In this document: positions 1 to 12,542 of the stretch, one piece after another
How the letters are laid out: each line of letters opens with the position of its first letter
How positions within the stretch are numbered: position 1 is the stretch's first letter
Source of the DNA: Acidobacteriota bacterium
GTDB lineage: Bacteria > Acidobacteriota > Thermoanaerobaculia > Multivoradales > Multivoraceae
Assembly: GCA_026707545.1 (NCBI GenBank)
Contig: JAPOWR010000001.1
Location: forward strand, 1,329,778 to 1,393,777
Direction: 5' to 3'
Length of the DNA: 64,000 bases
Translations under genes and position numbers: made by a program
Notes under the pieces: generated by a model
The model's input: the letters and a program-made list of their open reading frames with translations, nothing else
Database searches by the model: none
Told to the model about the DNA's origin: nothing

Positions 1-633
1 CTGGTCGGGATTCTCCTGGCTGCGGTTTCGATGACCGTGCTCGGCCTGCTCGTGCTTCTCTTCTTCCGCGATCCGACGCGGGAGTACGACGGACCGCCCG
101 ACGTCGTTCTCGCGCCCGCCGAAGGCACGGTCACGGCGGTCGAAGTCATCACGGACAGCGCTCTCGGAGACCAGACCTGGCGCCGCATCTCGATCTTCCT
201 GTCGGTGTTCAACGTGCACACTCAGAAGACGCCGGTCGAGGGCGTGGTGATCGGCAGCATCGCGACACCGGGCAGGAAACTGCCGGCGTACCGCAAGGAG
301 GCGGGCGATCTGAACGAGAACCACCTGACCCTGCTCCGGCGCACTGACGGCGATCTGATCGCTGTGCGGCAGATCGCCGGTTTGGTCGCGCGGCGGGTCG
401 TTTCGCGACTGCAGGCCGGTCAACGGGTGATCCAGGGCGAGCCCCTGGGCCTGATCAAGTTCGGCTCCAGGGTGGATGTATTCGTGCCGATGTCTTACGA
501 CCCGCTGGTCGAGAAGGGACAGCGGGTGATCTCCGGTGAGACACCACTCGCCATGCCCACCGATCCGTCGACACCGCCGCCCGGCGACTTCCCGGTGAAG
601 AGACCGCCGGCCCGTTCCTCCGACGCGCGATGA
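1..633 (+). CDS. psd: Phosphatidylserine decarboxylase proenzyme, archaeal-type/Psd-related (5' end probably outside the window)
   Basis: 200-aa ORF from 31..633; the frame stays open back to nt 1. Motifs [10 protein letters not shown] and [11 protein letters not shown] are typical of small PSD-related decarboxylases. Its 4-nt stop/start overlap (ATGA) with the next gene, a CDP-alcohol phosphatidyltransferase, gives a psd-pssA pair. Confidence 0.7.
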   Translation: MVGILLAAVSMTVLGLLVLLFFRDPTREYDGPPDVVLAPAEGTVTAVEVITDSALGDQTWRRISIFLSVFNVHTQKTPVEGVVIGSIATPGRKLPAYRKEAGDLNENHLTLLRRTDGDLIAVRQIAGLVARRVVSRLQAGQRVIQGEPLGLIKFGSRVDVFVPMSYDPLVEKGQRVISGETPLAMPTDPSTPPPGDFPVKRPPARSSDAR

Positions 634-1397
634 CCTGGAAACGCCCCCGAAAGACAGCCAGGCCCCTGCGTGCCGGGGCCTATCTCATCCCCAGCCTGTT
701 CACGACGGCGAATATGCTGCTCGGCTTCTACGCCCTCCTCGCCGGGCTGGAGGGGCAGTTCCGGACCGCCATCCTGATGATCTTCGCCGCCGCCGTTCTC
801 GACACGCTGGACGGACGGATCGCCCGGCTGACCCGTACCGCGAGTCCGTTCGGCCGGGAGTACGACTCCCTCGCCGATCTGGTTTCCTTCGGCCTCGCAC
901 CCGCACTGCTCTGCTACCTGTGGGGTCTGCACGAACTCGGTCGCGTCGGCTTCGCGGCCCCGGCCGTCTACCTGCTCTGCAGCGCTGCCCGGCTCGCGCG
1001 CTTCAACGTCAGCCGCCGGACCAGCGATCCCGCGTACTTCGTGGGTCTCCCGGCGCCGGCGGCGGCGGGCGCGATTGGTTCGATTCTGTTCTTCGTCGAC
1101 ACGAGGGGCGACTCCTTCGTGCTTCAGCTCGCGGTCCTCGGAGCCCTGATCGTGGTCGGCCTGCTCTCCGTCTCCACGTTCCGCTACCTCAGCTTCAAGG
1201 AACTCGATTTCCGGCGTCGGAGAGGCTTCCGGGTCGTTGTGGTAATCGCCGCCATCGCGATTCTCGCCCTGATCCATATCGGCCTGTTCTTCCTGGTCGT
1301 CGCCTTGAGCTACGCGCTCTCGGGACCGACCGCCTGGCTCGGAAGGAGGCTACGGCGGCGTCCGTGGCGCGGCGCTGCTACGCTCCGCCGCCCATGA
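630..1397 (+). CDS. pssA: CDP-diacylglycerol--serine O-phosphatidyltransferase (CDP-alcohol phosphatidyltransferase family)
   Basis: 255 aa, multi-TM. Carries the CDP-alcohol phosphatidyltransferase signature D-x2-DG-x2-AR...G...D-x3-D ([12 protein letters not shown]...[12 protein letters not shown]). Start overlaps the psd stop. Confidence 0.8.
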   Translation: MTWKRPRKTARPLRAGAYLIPSLFTTANMLLGFYALLAGLEGQFRTAILMIFAAAVLDTLDGRIARLTRTASPFGREYDSLADLVSFGLAPALLCYLWGLHELGRVGFAAPAVYLLCSAARLARFNVSRRTSDPAYFVGLPAPAAAGAIGSILFFVDTRGDSFVLQLAVLGALIVVGLLSVSTFRYLSFKELDFRRRRGFRVVVVIAAIAILALIHIGLFFLVVALSYALSGPTAWLGRRLRRRPWRGAATLRRP

Positions 1398-2341
1398 CGA
1401 CTGCCTCGCCCGGCAAGCACCATCGCCTCACCATCCTCGGCTCGGGGCCGGCCGGCCTGACCGCGGCGCTCTACGCCGCCCGAGCCGATCTCGCCCCCCT
1501 GGTCCTCGAAGGCAGCCAGCCCGGAGGCCAGTTGACGATCACCACCGACGTGGAGAACTACCCGGGTTTCCCCAAGGGCATCCTGGGGCCGGAGTTGATC
1601 GACCAGATGCGGGCCCAGGCCCGGCGTTTCGGCGCCGACACCCGGTTCGAGACCGGTACGCGCGTGGATCTGGACGCGCGGCCCTTCCGGATCGAGACGG
1701 ACGGCGGCGAGTACCTCAGCGATGCCCTGATCATCGCCACCGGCGCCTCGGCCCGCCAGCTGGGCCTGCCTTCCGAGGCCGAACTGATGGGCTACGGCGT
1801 CTCGGCCTGTGCCACCTGCGACGGCTTCTTCTTCCGCGACAAGGAACTCGTCGTGGTGGGCGGCGGCGATACGGCGATGGAAGAGGCCACGTTCCTGACC
1901 AAGTTCGCCAGCAAGGTGACCATCGTTCACCGTCGGGGCGAGTTGCGCGCTTCGGTGATCATGCAGGAGCGCGCCGCCGCCAACGAGAAGATCGAGTGGC
2001 GCTTCCACGCCACCGTGGAGGAGATCTACGGCACCCAGGCCGAGGGCGTTCGCGGCGTCCGACTGCGCGATCCCCGCTCCGGCGAGGAATCGGACTTCCC
2101 CTGTCAGGGCGTCTTCATGGCGATTGGGCACAATCCGAACACCGAGCTGTTCCAAGGCCAACTGGCGATGGACGACGTGGGCTATCTGGAGGTCCGTCAT
2201 CCCGGCACCGTGACCCAGATCGAGGGAGTGTTCGCCTGCGGCGACGTGATGGACCCGATTTACCGGCAGGCAGTCACCGCAGCCGGCACGGGCTGCCAGG
2301 CCGCGATCGACGCCGAGCGCTGGCTGAGCGAACTAGACTGA
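1394..2341 (+). CDS. trxB: Thioredoxin-disulfide reductase
   Basis: Internal ATG at 1394, in frame within the 920..2341 ORF. GSGPAG FAD-binding motif, redox-active CATCDG, second GGGD NADPH motif. 315 aa. ATGA overlap with the pssA stop. Confidence 0.9.
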   Translation: MTTASPGKHHRLTILGSGPAGLTAALYAARADLAPLVLEGSQPGGQLTITTDVENYPGFPKGILGPELIDQMRAQARRFGADTRFETGTRVDLDARPFRIETDGGEYLSDALIIATGASARQLGLPSEAELMGYGVSACATCDGFFFRDKELVVVGGGDTAMEEATFLTKFASKVTIVHRRGELRASVIMQERAAANEKIEWRFHATVEEIYGTQAEGVRGVRLRDPRSGEESDFPCQGVFMAIGHNPNTELFQGQLAMDDVGYLEVRHPGTVTQIEGVFACGDVMDPIYRQAVTAAGTGCQAAIDAERWLSELD

Positions 2342-2375
2342 CCCACCACCGGATTCGACAAGGACGGGAGCGCGC

Positions 2376-3494
<1,119 letters not shown>

Positions 3495-3500
3495 GCGGCC

Positions 3501-4805
3501 CTAGTCGATCGCGTCGTCGCCGCGGGCGTGCGCCAGCTCCCGCGCACTCGGATGCGCGGACGGACGGAAGGGCACCTCGCACACGCGCGCCTCGTCGGGT
3601 CGGCCCGGTACGGTGGCGTACTCGTCGGGCAGATGGACTTGCAGGCGCGTCCCCACCGCCGATCGATTCACCGGCACGTAGCCCAGGGCGATGTTGCCAC
3701 CCAGCTCCGGAGCGTGCCAGGGAGAGGTCAGGTAGCCGATCGGCTCGCCGCCGTTCGCGTCCGACACGAGCCAGAAGTCCGGCGCGTAGTCGTCGATCGG
3801 CCGGCCGCCCAGCGTCATGCCGACGAGAACCATGGAGAACGGGGGCCGGCCTGCAGCGATCTCGTCACGCATCCATTCGAGCGCCTTCCGGCCGACGTAG
3901 TCGCCCCTCTTCTTGCGCGGCACCTGGTAGGCCAGGTTGCACTGGAAGGGGGTCGTCTCGTGGTCCATGTCCTGTCCCCAGGAGAGGATGCCGGCCTGAA
4001 TGCGACGCTGATGGCCTGGCGCGGTCACCATGAGCCCGTGCCGCTCGCCCGCGCTCAGCACCGCGCTCCAGAGCTTCTCGGCGTGAAGCGTCGCATCCCG
4101 GAGGTAGATCTCGTAGCCCTTCTCGCCCGAGAAGCCAGTCTGGGAGATGACGACCGGGCAGTCCCCGATCCGTGCTTCGAGAAGACCGTAGTAGGGGATC
4201 CTCCGAATCCGCTCACCGACCAGGTCGACCATCAGCGCGCGAGACTTCGGTCCCTGAATCTGCAGCGGACAGACATCGATCTCGTCGATCTCCACGTCCA
4301 TCCGCATCCCGACGTTGACGCCCTGCAGCCAGAACAGGATGTCGGAATCCGCCAGCGAGAGCCAGAACTCGTCCTCAGACAGGCGCAGCAGGACCGGGTC
4401 GTTCAGGATCCCGCCTTTCTCGTTGCAGAGAATGACGTACTTGCCCCGCATTGGCTGGATGCGGGTGGCATCCCGCGTGATCACGTAGTCGATGAACCGC
4501 TCCGCCTCCGGTCCCTTGACCCGGATCTGCCGCTCGACCGCGACGTTCCACATCGTGACGTGCTTCGTCAGGGCCTCGTGCTCTACCGCTGCGCCGCCAT
4601 CCTCCATCCGCACGTAGCCGCGCGGATGATAGATGCGGTTGTAGATCGTGGCCCGCCAGCAGCCTGCCTGGTGCGACAGGTGCCAGTAGGGCGACTTTCG
4701 CACCCGGGTGGAAATCAGCAGCTCCACGGGCGTCGGGCCGCTCTGGCGCAGGTTGATCGGGACGATGCGGTCCGACTGGTCGACGCTGCGCGGCTGACCG
4801 CTCAT
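3501..4805 (-). CDS. GcvT-family aminomethyltransferase (folate-binding; DmdA/aminomethyltransferase-like)
   Basis: GcvT-fold similarity across the ORF. Start placed at the second Met of the ORF (MSGQPRS...), which has a strong SD (GAGGAGGAG) immediately upstream. This leaves a ~50-bp divergent intergenic region with the dimethylglycine-dehydrogenase-like gene. Confidence 0.75.
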   Translation of the reverse strand: MSGQPRSVDQSDRIVPINLRQSGPTPVELLISTRVRKSPYWHLSHQAGCWRATIYNRIYHPRGYVRMEDGGAAVEHEALTKHVTMWNVAVERQIRVKGPEAERFIDYVITRDATRIQPMRGKYVILCNEKGGILNDPVLLRLSEDEFWLSLADSDILFWLQGVNVGMRMDVEIDEIDVCPLQIQGPKSRALMVDLVGERIRRIPYYGLLEARIGDCPVVISQTGFSGEKGYEIYLRDATLHAEKLWSAVLSAGERHGLMVTAPGHQRRIQAGILSWGQDMDHETTPFQCNLAYQVPRKKRGDYVGRKALEWMRDEIAAGRPPFSMVLVGMTLGGRPIDDYAPDFWLVSDANGGEPIGYLTSPWHAPELGGNIALGYVPVNRSAVGTRLQVHLPDEYATVPGRPDEARVCEVPFRPSAHPSARELAHARGDDAID

Positions 4806-4855
4806 GGCTCCTCCTCTTCCGCCGAGCGTCTCGGCTACCATGACCTGCGGGATCG

Positions 4856-7411
4856 ATGACGGAAGTTACCACCGGAGAGGCCCCGCACAGCACGATTCCG
4901 GAACAGCCCGCACGCGCCAGGATCGCCGTCATCGGCGCCGGAATCGTCGGCAACAGCGTCGTCGGTCATCTGGCGAAACTCGGCTGGACGGACCTGGTGC
5001 TGATCGACAAGGGTCCACTGCCGAATCCGGGCGGATCGACCGGCCACGCGTCGAACTTCATCTTCCCCACGGATCACAACCGCGAGATCGCGCTGTTGAC
5101 CCTGGAGAGCCAGCGCCAGTACGCGGCCCTCGGCGTGAACATCTCCTGCGGCGGGATCGAGGTTGCCCGCAGCCGCGAGCGCATGGAAGAGCTGCGCCGC
5201 CGGATGACCTCGGCGCGAACCTGGGGCATCGAGGCCGAACTGCTGACTCCGGCCCAGGTCGTCGCCAAGGCGCCGTTCGTTAACGGCGAGGCCATTCTGG
5301 GCGGCTTCTACACTCCGGGGGCGTCGGTCGTGGATCCGGTCCGGGCCGCGACCCTCCTGCGCGAGCGGGCGAAGGCGCAAGGCGCCCTGACCGTGCTGGA
5401 GAACACGGAAGTGCTCGGCCTGGAGGTGGAGCCGCGGCCATTCCGCCGCCCCGCCATCGGCGCCGTCGTCACGTCGCGTGGCACGATCGAGGTCGAGCAC
5501 GTGGTCATCGCCTGCGGCGTCTGGAGTCCGCGCCTCGCCGCGATGGCCGGAGCGACGATTCCCCTGACGCCGGCCGTACACCAGATGGTCGACCTGGGAC
5601 CGATCGACCTCCTCCGAGAGACGGGCAAAGAGATCGCCTTCCCGATCGTGCGCGACATGGACACCTTCATGTACGAGAGGCAGAGACACGACGCGATGGA
5701 GATCGGCTCCTACGCCCACGAGCCGATTCTGGTGCCGCCCGACGACATTCCCTCGATCGCCGAAGCGGAGCGCACGCCAACCGAAATGCCCTTCACCGCG
5801 AAGCACTTCGCCCCACAACTCGGGCACGCCCGAGACCTGATGGGCGAACTGCTCGCCGGCGCCCGGATGCGGTACGCGGTGAACGGCCTACTGTCCCTGA
5901 CTCCCGACGCACAGCAGGTGCTGGGCGAGACCGCCGAAGTGGAGCGCCTCTGGTCGGCCGCATCGGTGTGGATCAAGGAGGGACCCGGCAGCGGACGCCT
6001 GATCGCCGAGTGGATCACCTACGGATACCCGCGCCTGTGCGACCCGCACGGATCGGATGTCACCCGCTTCCAGCCGCACGAACGGACACAGCGGCATATC
6101 CGGGAACGCTGCCGGGAGCACTTCAACAAGACCTACGGCATCGTCCACCCACGCGAGCAGTGGGAGTCGGCGCGCGGGGTCCACCGGGCGCCGTTCCACG
6201 ATCGGACGGCCGCCCTCGGCGCCGAGTTCCACGAGGCTCGCGGATGGGAGCGTCCCCAGTGGTACGCGTCGAACGAGGACCTCGTCGCGCGCTACGGCGT
6301 GTCGGACCGACCTTGTGAGTGGGATCGTCGCTGGTGGTCGCCGATCATCGACGCGGAGCACCTTCACCTGCGCGAGAAGGCGGGCATCGTCGACCTGAGC
6401 GCCTTTCAGATCTTCGACGTGTCGGGACCCGGCGTCGTTCCCTACCTGGAACGCCTGACGGTAAACCGCTGCGACCGTCCCGTGGGCCGATCGATCTACA
6501 CACCTCTCCTGACGCCCGAGGGCGGAATACGCGCCGACCTGACGATCCTGCGACTGGCCCACGATCGGTTTCGCATCGTCACCGGCGCACTGGACGGCGC
6601 CCGCGACAGGGTCTGGTTCCAGCGCCACCTTCCCGAGGACGGCTCCGTCCGGTTCGAGGACCGTTCCACCACCATGTGCACGATCGGCGTCTGGGGGCCG
6701 CGCGCCGAATCGCTTGTCGCCAGGATTGCCGATGTCCCCTGCTCGCAGGAGGCGTTCCCATACGGTACCGGACGGGAGGTGGTGATCGGCGGGAACCGGG
6801 CGACGATGCTCCGCATCTCCTACGTCGGCGAGAACGGCTGGGAGATCTACGCACCGATGTCCGACGGTGCCCACTTATGGGATGCGATCCGGGAGGCCGG
6901 CGACGACCTGGACGCCCGGCCGGTCGGAATCGGCGTCTACGGCACGACCGGCCGCCTGGAGAAGGGGTACGCCATGATGGGCGCCGACCTGACCTCGGAG
7001 TACTCCCCGGTGGAGGCCGGTCTGGCCCGGCCAGGCGTCAAGAAAGCGGACTTCATCGGCAAGGCGGCATACCTGGAAGCGCGCGCCGAGGGGCCAGCGG
7101 CCAAGCTGTGCACGCTGACGATCGACGATCCGGCCGACGGCTCCGGCAAACCTCGCTTCCCCACCGGCGGCAGCGAACCGATCCTCACGACAGGCGGAGA
7201 CCGCATCGTCGACGCCCGGGGGCGGGAGTCCCGCGTCACCTCCGCCGGCATGGGACCGTCCGTTGGCAGATACCTGCTGATGGCCTACCTGCCCATCGAG
7301 CATGCAACGCCCGGTGACCGGCTGCAGTTGCTCTACATGAACGAACGCTTCCCCGTGACGGTGGCCAGACGAACCATGTTCGATCCCGGGAACGCCCGGA
7401 TGAAGGCATAG
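4856..7411 (+). CDS. FAD-dependent oxidoreductase fused to a C-terminal GcvT aminomethyltransferase domain (dimethylglycine/sarcosine dehydrogenase family)
   Basis: 851 aa. N-terminal Rossmann motif IAVIGAGIVGNSVVGHLA (DAO-type). The C-terminal ~400 aa is a GcvT-like folate-binding domain. This architecture is typical of DMGDH/SarDH. Confidence 0.8.
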   Translation: MTEVTTGEAPHSTIPEQPARARIAVIGAGIVGNSVVGHLAKLGWTDLVLIDKGPLPNPGGSTGHASNFIFPTDHNREIALLTLESQRQYAALGVNISCGGIEVARSRERMEELRRRMTSARTWGIEAELLTPAQVVAKAPFVNGEAILGGFYTPGASVVDPVRAATLLRERAKAQGALTVLENTEVLGLEVEPRPFRRPAIGAVVTSRGTIEVEHVVIACGVWSPRLAAMAGATIPLTPAVHQMVDLGPIDLLRETGKEIAFPIVRDMDTFMYERQRHDAMEIGSYAHEPILVPPDDIPSIAEAERTPTEMPFTAKHFAPQLGHARDLMGELLAGARMRYAVNGLLSLTPDAQQVLGETAEVERLWSAASVWIKEGPGSGRLIAEWITYGYPRLCDPHGSDVTRFQPHERTQRHIRERCREHFNKTYGIVHPREQWESARGVHRAPFHDRTAALGAEFHEARGWERPQWYASNEDLVARYGVSDRPCEWDRRWWSPIIDAEHLHLREKAGIVDLSAFQIFDVSGPGVVPYLERLTVNRCDRPVGRSIYTPLLTPEGGIRADLTILRLAHDRFRIVTGALDGARDRVWFQRHLPEDGSVRFEDRSTTMCTIGVWGPRAESLVARIADVPCSQEAFPYGTGREVVIGGNRATMLRISYVGENGWEIYAPMSDGAHLWDAIREAGDDLDARPVGIGVYGTTGRLEKGYAMMGADLTSEYSPVEAGLARPGVKKADFIGKAAYLEARAEGPAAKLCTLTIDDPADGSGKPRFPTGGSEPILTTGGDRIVDARGRESRVTSAGMGPSVGRYLLMAYLPIEHATPGDRLQLLYMNERFPVTVARRTMFDPGNARMKA

Positions 7412-7422
7412 CCGGCGGGCTG

Positions 7423-8715
<1,293 letters not shown>

Positions 8716-8738
8716 CAGCGGGCCCAGGAAGTCGCCGC

Positions 8739-9323
8739 TCACAACAGCCCCTCCTGCTGCAGATCCTCCTCTTCGGCCCCGGCCTTGAGCGCGCGCAGGC
8801 GCTGCCAGTTGCGCGCCGCCTCGGCCAGCCCCTGCAGGGCCAGGAGCGTGAATGCCACCAGCAGGACGCTCTTGATCGGATACCGCGGCAGACCGCCCGG
8901 ATCCGAGGACACCTCCAGCACCGCCCACGAGTTCCGTACCGCCGGCCAGGACATGATGAGCCCGAAGACCGCGAACGGGATCAGGAACAGCAACGAACCC
9001 CACAGGTCGATCCGCCGGCGCCAACGCTCCGGCAGCCGGCTGAAGATCACGTCGACGCGCACGTGGGCGTTGGTCTGGAGGGCGTACGCCGCGCCGAGCA
9101 GGAAGACCAGGCTGAACATGTACCACTGCAGCTCGAGATACGCGTTCGAGCTCAGGTTCCAGCCGGTGAAGCGCCCCAGGTAGCGTACGACTGCGTTGTA
9201 CGCTCCGACCGCGACCATGGCCAGTGTCAGCCAGGAGACCGCGACCCCGAGCCGCGAGTTGAAGCGGTCGACCCGGGCCACGAAGCGGGCCAGGAAGCCG
9301 CCCGGGGTTGGTGCTGACGCCAT
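8739..9323 (-). CDS. dctQ: TRAP transporter small permease
   Basis: Real protein begins at MASAPTPGGFLARF... (ATG at 9323..9321). 194 aa, 4 TM. Sits immediately upstream of dctM. The upstream part of the 444-aa ORF is GC-rich junk. Confidence 0.75.
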   Translation of the reverse strand: MASAPTPGGFLARFVARVDRFNSRLGVAVSWLTLAMVAVGAYNAVVRYLGRFTGWNLSSNAYLELQWYMFSLVFLLGAAYALQTNAHVRVDVIFSRLPERWRRRIDLWGSLLFLIPFAVFGLIMSWPAVRNSWAVLEVSSDPGGLPRYPIKSVLLVAFTLLALQGLAEAARNWQRLRALKAGAEEEDLQQEGLL

Positions 9324-9356
9324 GAGCGCGGGCAGGCTACCACCAGCGCTCCGGCC

Positions 9357-10679
9357 GTGATGGGCACTCCGGGGACTGACCTTCCCCGCCGGTTCGCGCG
9401 TCTGACGGCGCTCAATACAGCGTCCAATCTCACCGTGCCGCTGGCCGGTCTCGCCGACACCGTGATGCTCGGCCGGCTCGACGATGTCCGCTTCCTGGCC
9501 GGCGTCGTCCTCGCGGCCCTCATCTTCGACTACCTCTACTTCGGCTGCGCCTTCCTGCGCATGAGCACGACCGGCCTCACGGCCCAGGCCTGGGGGCGCG
9601 AAGACGCCGGGGAAGTCTCGGCGCATCTGTACCGCGCCCTGCTGCTGGCGGCGGCGCTCGGCCTCGCGGCCATAGCGCTCCGGGACCCGCTTGGCGACGC
9701 CGGCTTCGGACTCCTGTCCGGCACGGCCGGCGTGGAGGAGGCCGGCCGTCGCTACTACGACGCGCGCATCTGGGGCGCGCCGGCGGCCTTCGCCAACCTG
9801 GCGCTGGTGGGCTGGTTCCTGGGCCGCGGCGAGGCCGCGAGAGCGCTGCTCCTGGTCGTTCTGGCCAACCTCGGCAACATCGTGCTCAACTGGTGGTTCA
9901 TCGTTCACCTCGGCTGGGCCGCGTTCGGAGCCGGGGTCGCCACCGCCGGGGCTCAGTGGCTGAGTGCCGCCGCCGGCTTGGTCCTGGCGCTGGCGGCCGC
10001 AGGGTCGCTTCCAGCCTGGCCCACCCTCTTCGACCGCGCCGCGCTGCGTCAGATCCTCGCGCTGAGTGGACACCTGGTGATCCGCACGCTGCTCCTGGTC
10101 ACCGCCTTCGCCGTGTTCACCAACGCGAGCGCACTCTTCGGCGCCACCCGGCTGGCCGCCAACGGCGTCATTCTTCGCGTATTGAGCCTCGCCTCCTACT
10201 TCGTCGACGGGGCGGCCTTCGCCGGCGAAACGCTCGCCGGCATGGCCTTCGGCGCCGGCGACCGCCGCGAGTTACGGCGTGTCCTGCTCCTGACGCTGGC
10301 GGCGGCCGTGGGCTGTGCGGTCGTGTTCCTCGTCCCGGCGCTGGCGTTCCCCGATACCGTCTACGGCCTGCTCGTCGATCACGAAGACGTCGCGGCGCTG
10401 GCGGCGGAAAGCAACGTCTGGCTGCTGCCGGTGCTCCTCTTCGCCGCCCTCGCCTACGCCTTCGACGGCTTCTTCCTCGGGCTGACGCGGGGCAGGCTGC
10501 TCAGCCGCGCGATGGCGGTCAGCCTCGGGGTCGGCTTCGCTCCTCTCGCCTGGGCGGCGGTCCACTTCCGGGATCCGGACCTTCTCTGGCTCAGCATGGC
10601 CGGCCTGATGGCCGCGAGGGCGGGAACGCTCGGCTACGCAGCGCGCCCGTACCTGGTACCGGATCGCGGCGGCGCCTGA
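9357..10679 (+). CDS. MATE family efflux transporter
   Basis: 440 aa, 12 predicted TM. MATE/DinF-like N-terminus (TALNTASNLTVPLAGLADTVMLGRL). Confidence 0.8.
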   Translation: MMGTPGTDLPRRFARLTALNTASNLTVPLAGLADTVMLGRLDDVRFLAGVVLAALIFDYLYFGCAFLRMSTTGLTAQAWGREDAGEVSAHLYRALLLAAALGLAAIALRDPLGDAGFGLLSGTAGVEEAGRRYYDARIWGAPAAFANLALVGWFLGRGEAARALLLVVLANLGNIVLNWWFIVHLGWAAFGAGVATAGAQWLSAAAGLVLALAAAGSLPAWPTLFDRAALRQILALSGHLVIRTLLLVTAFAVFTNASALFGATRLAANGVILRVLSLASYFVDGAAFAGETLAGMAFGAGDRRELRRVLLLTLAAAVGCAVVFLVPALAFPDTVYGLLVDHEDVAALAAESNVWLLPVLLFAALAYAFDGFFLGLTRGRLLSRAMAVSLGVGFAPLAWAAVHFRDPDLLWLSMAGLMAARAGTLGYAARPYLVPDRGGA

Positions 10680-10760
10680 GACTTCGCCGGCAGCGAGGGC
10701 GGGGGCTACACTCCGGGCCGCCAGCACAACGTCCACCAGCCTCGGGGAGGCCGAAAGCAG

Positions 10761-11546
10761 ATGGGAAAGCTCGAAGGAAAGACCGCCCTGGTTACCGGCG
10801 GCGGCACCGGCATCGGCCGGGCCACCGCGCTGCTCTTTGCCCGCGAGGGCGCGTCGATCATCGTTTCGGGACGACGGCTCGAGCCGCTCGAGGCGGCCGT
10901 TTCCGAGATCGAGGCCGGCGGCGGCAACGCCTGGGCACACTCGGCCGACATGGAGAATCCGGAGGCCGTCCGGGGCCTCGCGGCCGCCGTCCTGGAGCGT
11001 CACGCCACGGTCGACGTCCTGGTCCACAACGCGGGGCACAGCTCGAAGGTGCGAAGCACCCGCTACATCTCGCAGGAGGAATGGGACAGCGTGATGGCGG
11101 TCAACGCGACCGGTCCGGCGATGCTGACGAAGGCCCTGCTGCCAGCCATGCTCGACCACGGCGGCGCCACGGTGATCATGGTGTCGTCGATGGCGGCGAT
11201 CCGGCCGGGCGTCATGGCCGGCACCGCCTACGGCGCCGCCAAGGCGGCTTCCCGCAACTACATCATGGGGCTCGGCGCCGAACTCCGGCAGCTCGGCATC
11301 CGCGCCACCAGCGTACTCCCCGGAGAAGTCGACACGCCGATCCTCGACAACCGGCCCCGGCCGCCGTCGGAGGAAGAACGGGCCGGGATGATGATGGCCG
11401 AGGACATCGCCGAGGCGATCCTGACCGCGGCGGCGCTGCCTGAACGGACCGTGATCGAGGAGATGACCCTGATGCCGACGAAGCTCCGCGACTACTCCGC
11501 CGACATCGCCGCGGCCCGGACCCTGGGCGCGCCGGAGGAGGACTAG
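10761..11546 (+). CDS. SDR family NAD(P)-dependent oxidoreductase
   Basis: TGGGTGIGRA glycine-rich motif; NAG; YGAAK catalytic motif. 261 aa. Confidence 0.85.
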   Translation: MGKLEGKTALVTGGGTGIGRATALLFAREGASIIVSGRRLEPLEAAVSEIEAGGGNAWAHSADMENPEAVRGLAAAVLERHATVDVLVHNAGHSSKVRSTRYISQEEWDSVMAVNATGPAMLTKALLPAMLDHGGATVIMVSSMAAIRPGVMAGTAYGAAKAASRNYIMGLGAELRQLGIRATSVLPGEVDTPILDNRPRPPSEEERAGMMMAEDIAEAILTAAALPERTVIEEMTLMPTKLRDYSADIAAARTLGAPEED

Positions 11547-11552
11547 CGAAAC

Positions 11553-12056
11553 ATGCCGACGATGACCGAGACCGAACGCGACGCCTTCCTCGTCGAGCCC
11601 GGCTTCCTGATGCGGATCGGCACCGTCTGCGACGACGGCAGACCTCTCGTGACCCCGATCTGGTTCATCTTCGAGGAGGGAGCGATCTGGTTCACCCCAC
11701 GCGAGAACTCCGTCTGGTTCGCCAACCTCCGCCGGGATCCCCGCACCTGCCTCGCGATCGACGAGCAGAACCTCCCCTACCGCAAGGTCCTCGTCGAAGG
11801 CGAGGCGGAACTCGTCCACGACACCGGCGTCGACGACGTCTGGCGCGACCGCTACCGCCGGATCGCCTGCCGCTACGTCCCGGAGGACGCTGCCGAGGAC
11901 TACATCCAGGCCACGATCGACCAGCCGCGCGGGCTCTACCGGCTTCCGCTCGCCCAGGCCACCGTCCGCACGTGGCGCATGCCGGTCGACGACGAGGACC
12001 AGGCCGGCATCTGGCACCAGCGGTACTACCGCCCGGGCACCATTCTCAGCCGCTGA
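11553..12056 (+). CDS. Pyridoxamine 5'-phosphate oxidase family protein (PPOX class, possibly F420/FMN-dependent)
   Basis: 167 aa. Split-barrel FMN-binding-like pattern (RPLVTPIWFIFEEGAIWFTPRENSVWFANL). Confidence 0.6.
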   Translation: MPTMTETERDAFLVEPGFLMRIGTVCDDGRPLVTPIWFIFEEGAIWFTPRENSVWFANLRRDPRTCLAIDEQNLPYRKVLVEGEAELVHDTGVDDVWRDRYRRIACRYVPEDAAEDYIQATIDQPRGLYRLPLAQATVRTWRMPVDDEDQAGIWHQRYYRPGTILSR

Positions 12057-12072
12057 CGCGGGCCGGTGACGG

Positions 12073-12531
12073 CTACTCGGCGGGCGCCTTCCGGTGCACG
12101 ATCGCCGCCCCGATCACGCCGCCGATCGTCGAGAACGCGACGTTGATGATCAGGGAGAACACGACGATCGCGATGACGCCCAAGCCGGCGATCGCACTGA
12201 ACAGGCTGAAGACCTCGATGTCCTCGACCGATTCGGCCGTGAGGGCCCCGATTCCCATCGCGCCCGTGATGCCTCCGAGGATCAGCAATCCGATCAGGAT
12301 GCCCAGAACGGATCCGAAGACGCCGGCCAGTGCGCCGATCTTCGCTCCCTCGCCGTAGGGCGCGGCCGCGGAGGGAGGACCGTCCTTGAGCGCCAGGTAG
12401 ACCGCCAGGATGCCGCCGCCCACCACGAGCGCGCAGCACGCCAGGTTGAGTAGTTGAAGGCCGGGGATCTGCGAGGCAACGGCTCCCGCGCACCCGCCGA
12501 TCGCCGCCGCGCCGACTTTCTTTCCCGTCAC
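12073..12531 (-). CDS. Small multi-TM membrane protein, paralog A of a tandem pair (unknown function)
   Basis: 152 aa. Conserved blocks shared with the neighbouring paralog: MTxKK-AAAIGG, NLAxCxCCALVVGGGxLAVYLA, FSxIGGVIGAA. About 4 TM helices. Confidence 0.5.
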   Translation of the reverse strand: MTGKKVGAAAIGGCAGAVASQIPGLQLLNLACCALVVGGGILAVYLALKDGPPSAAAPYGEGAKIGALAGVFGSVLGILIGLLILGGITGAMGIGALTAESVEDIEVFSLFSAIAGLGVIAIVVFSLIINVAFSTIGGVIGAAIVHRKAPAE

Positions 12532-12542
12532 GATGACACCTC

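Noticed and set aside
495-1277. 260-aa minus-strand ORF, plus many other long antisense or out-of-frame ORFs (e.g. 1310..2200-, 3528..4859+, 4835..5827-, 5888..6874-, 6319..7317+, 9893..11443+, 10272..12017-, 13526..14980-, 15416..16594+, 17873..18883-, 20148..21602+, 24805..26286-, 28983..30557-, 34391..36154+, 39319..41565+, 41615..42928+, 44365..46344-, 48444..49604-, 52307..53419-, 52695..54284-, 59312..60445+, 62810..63976-)
   Set aside because: They lie antisense to, or frame-shifted within, genes with clear family signatures. Their products are Arg/Gly/Ala/Pro-rich low-complexity strings, typical of stop-codon-poor ~70% GC DNA. There is no independent motif support.
8739-10073. 444-aa ORF upstream-extended DctQ
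   Set aside because: Only the last 194 codons have TM-helix/DctQ character and a proper ATG. The remainder overlaps the divergent MATE gene region and is compositional junk.
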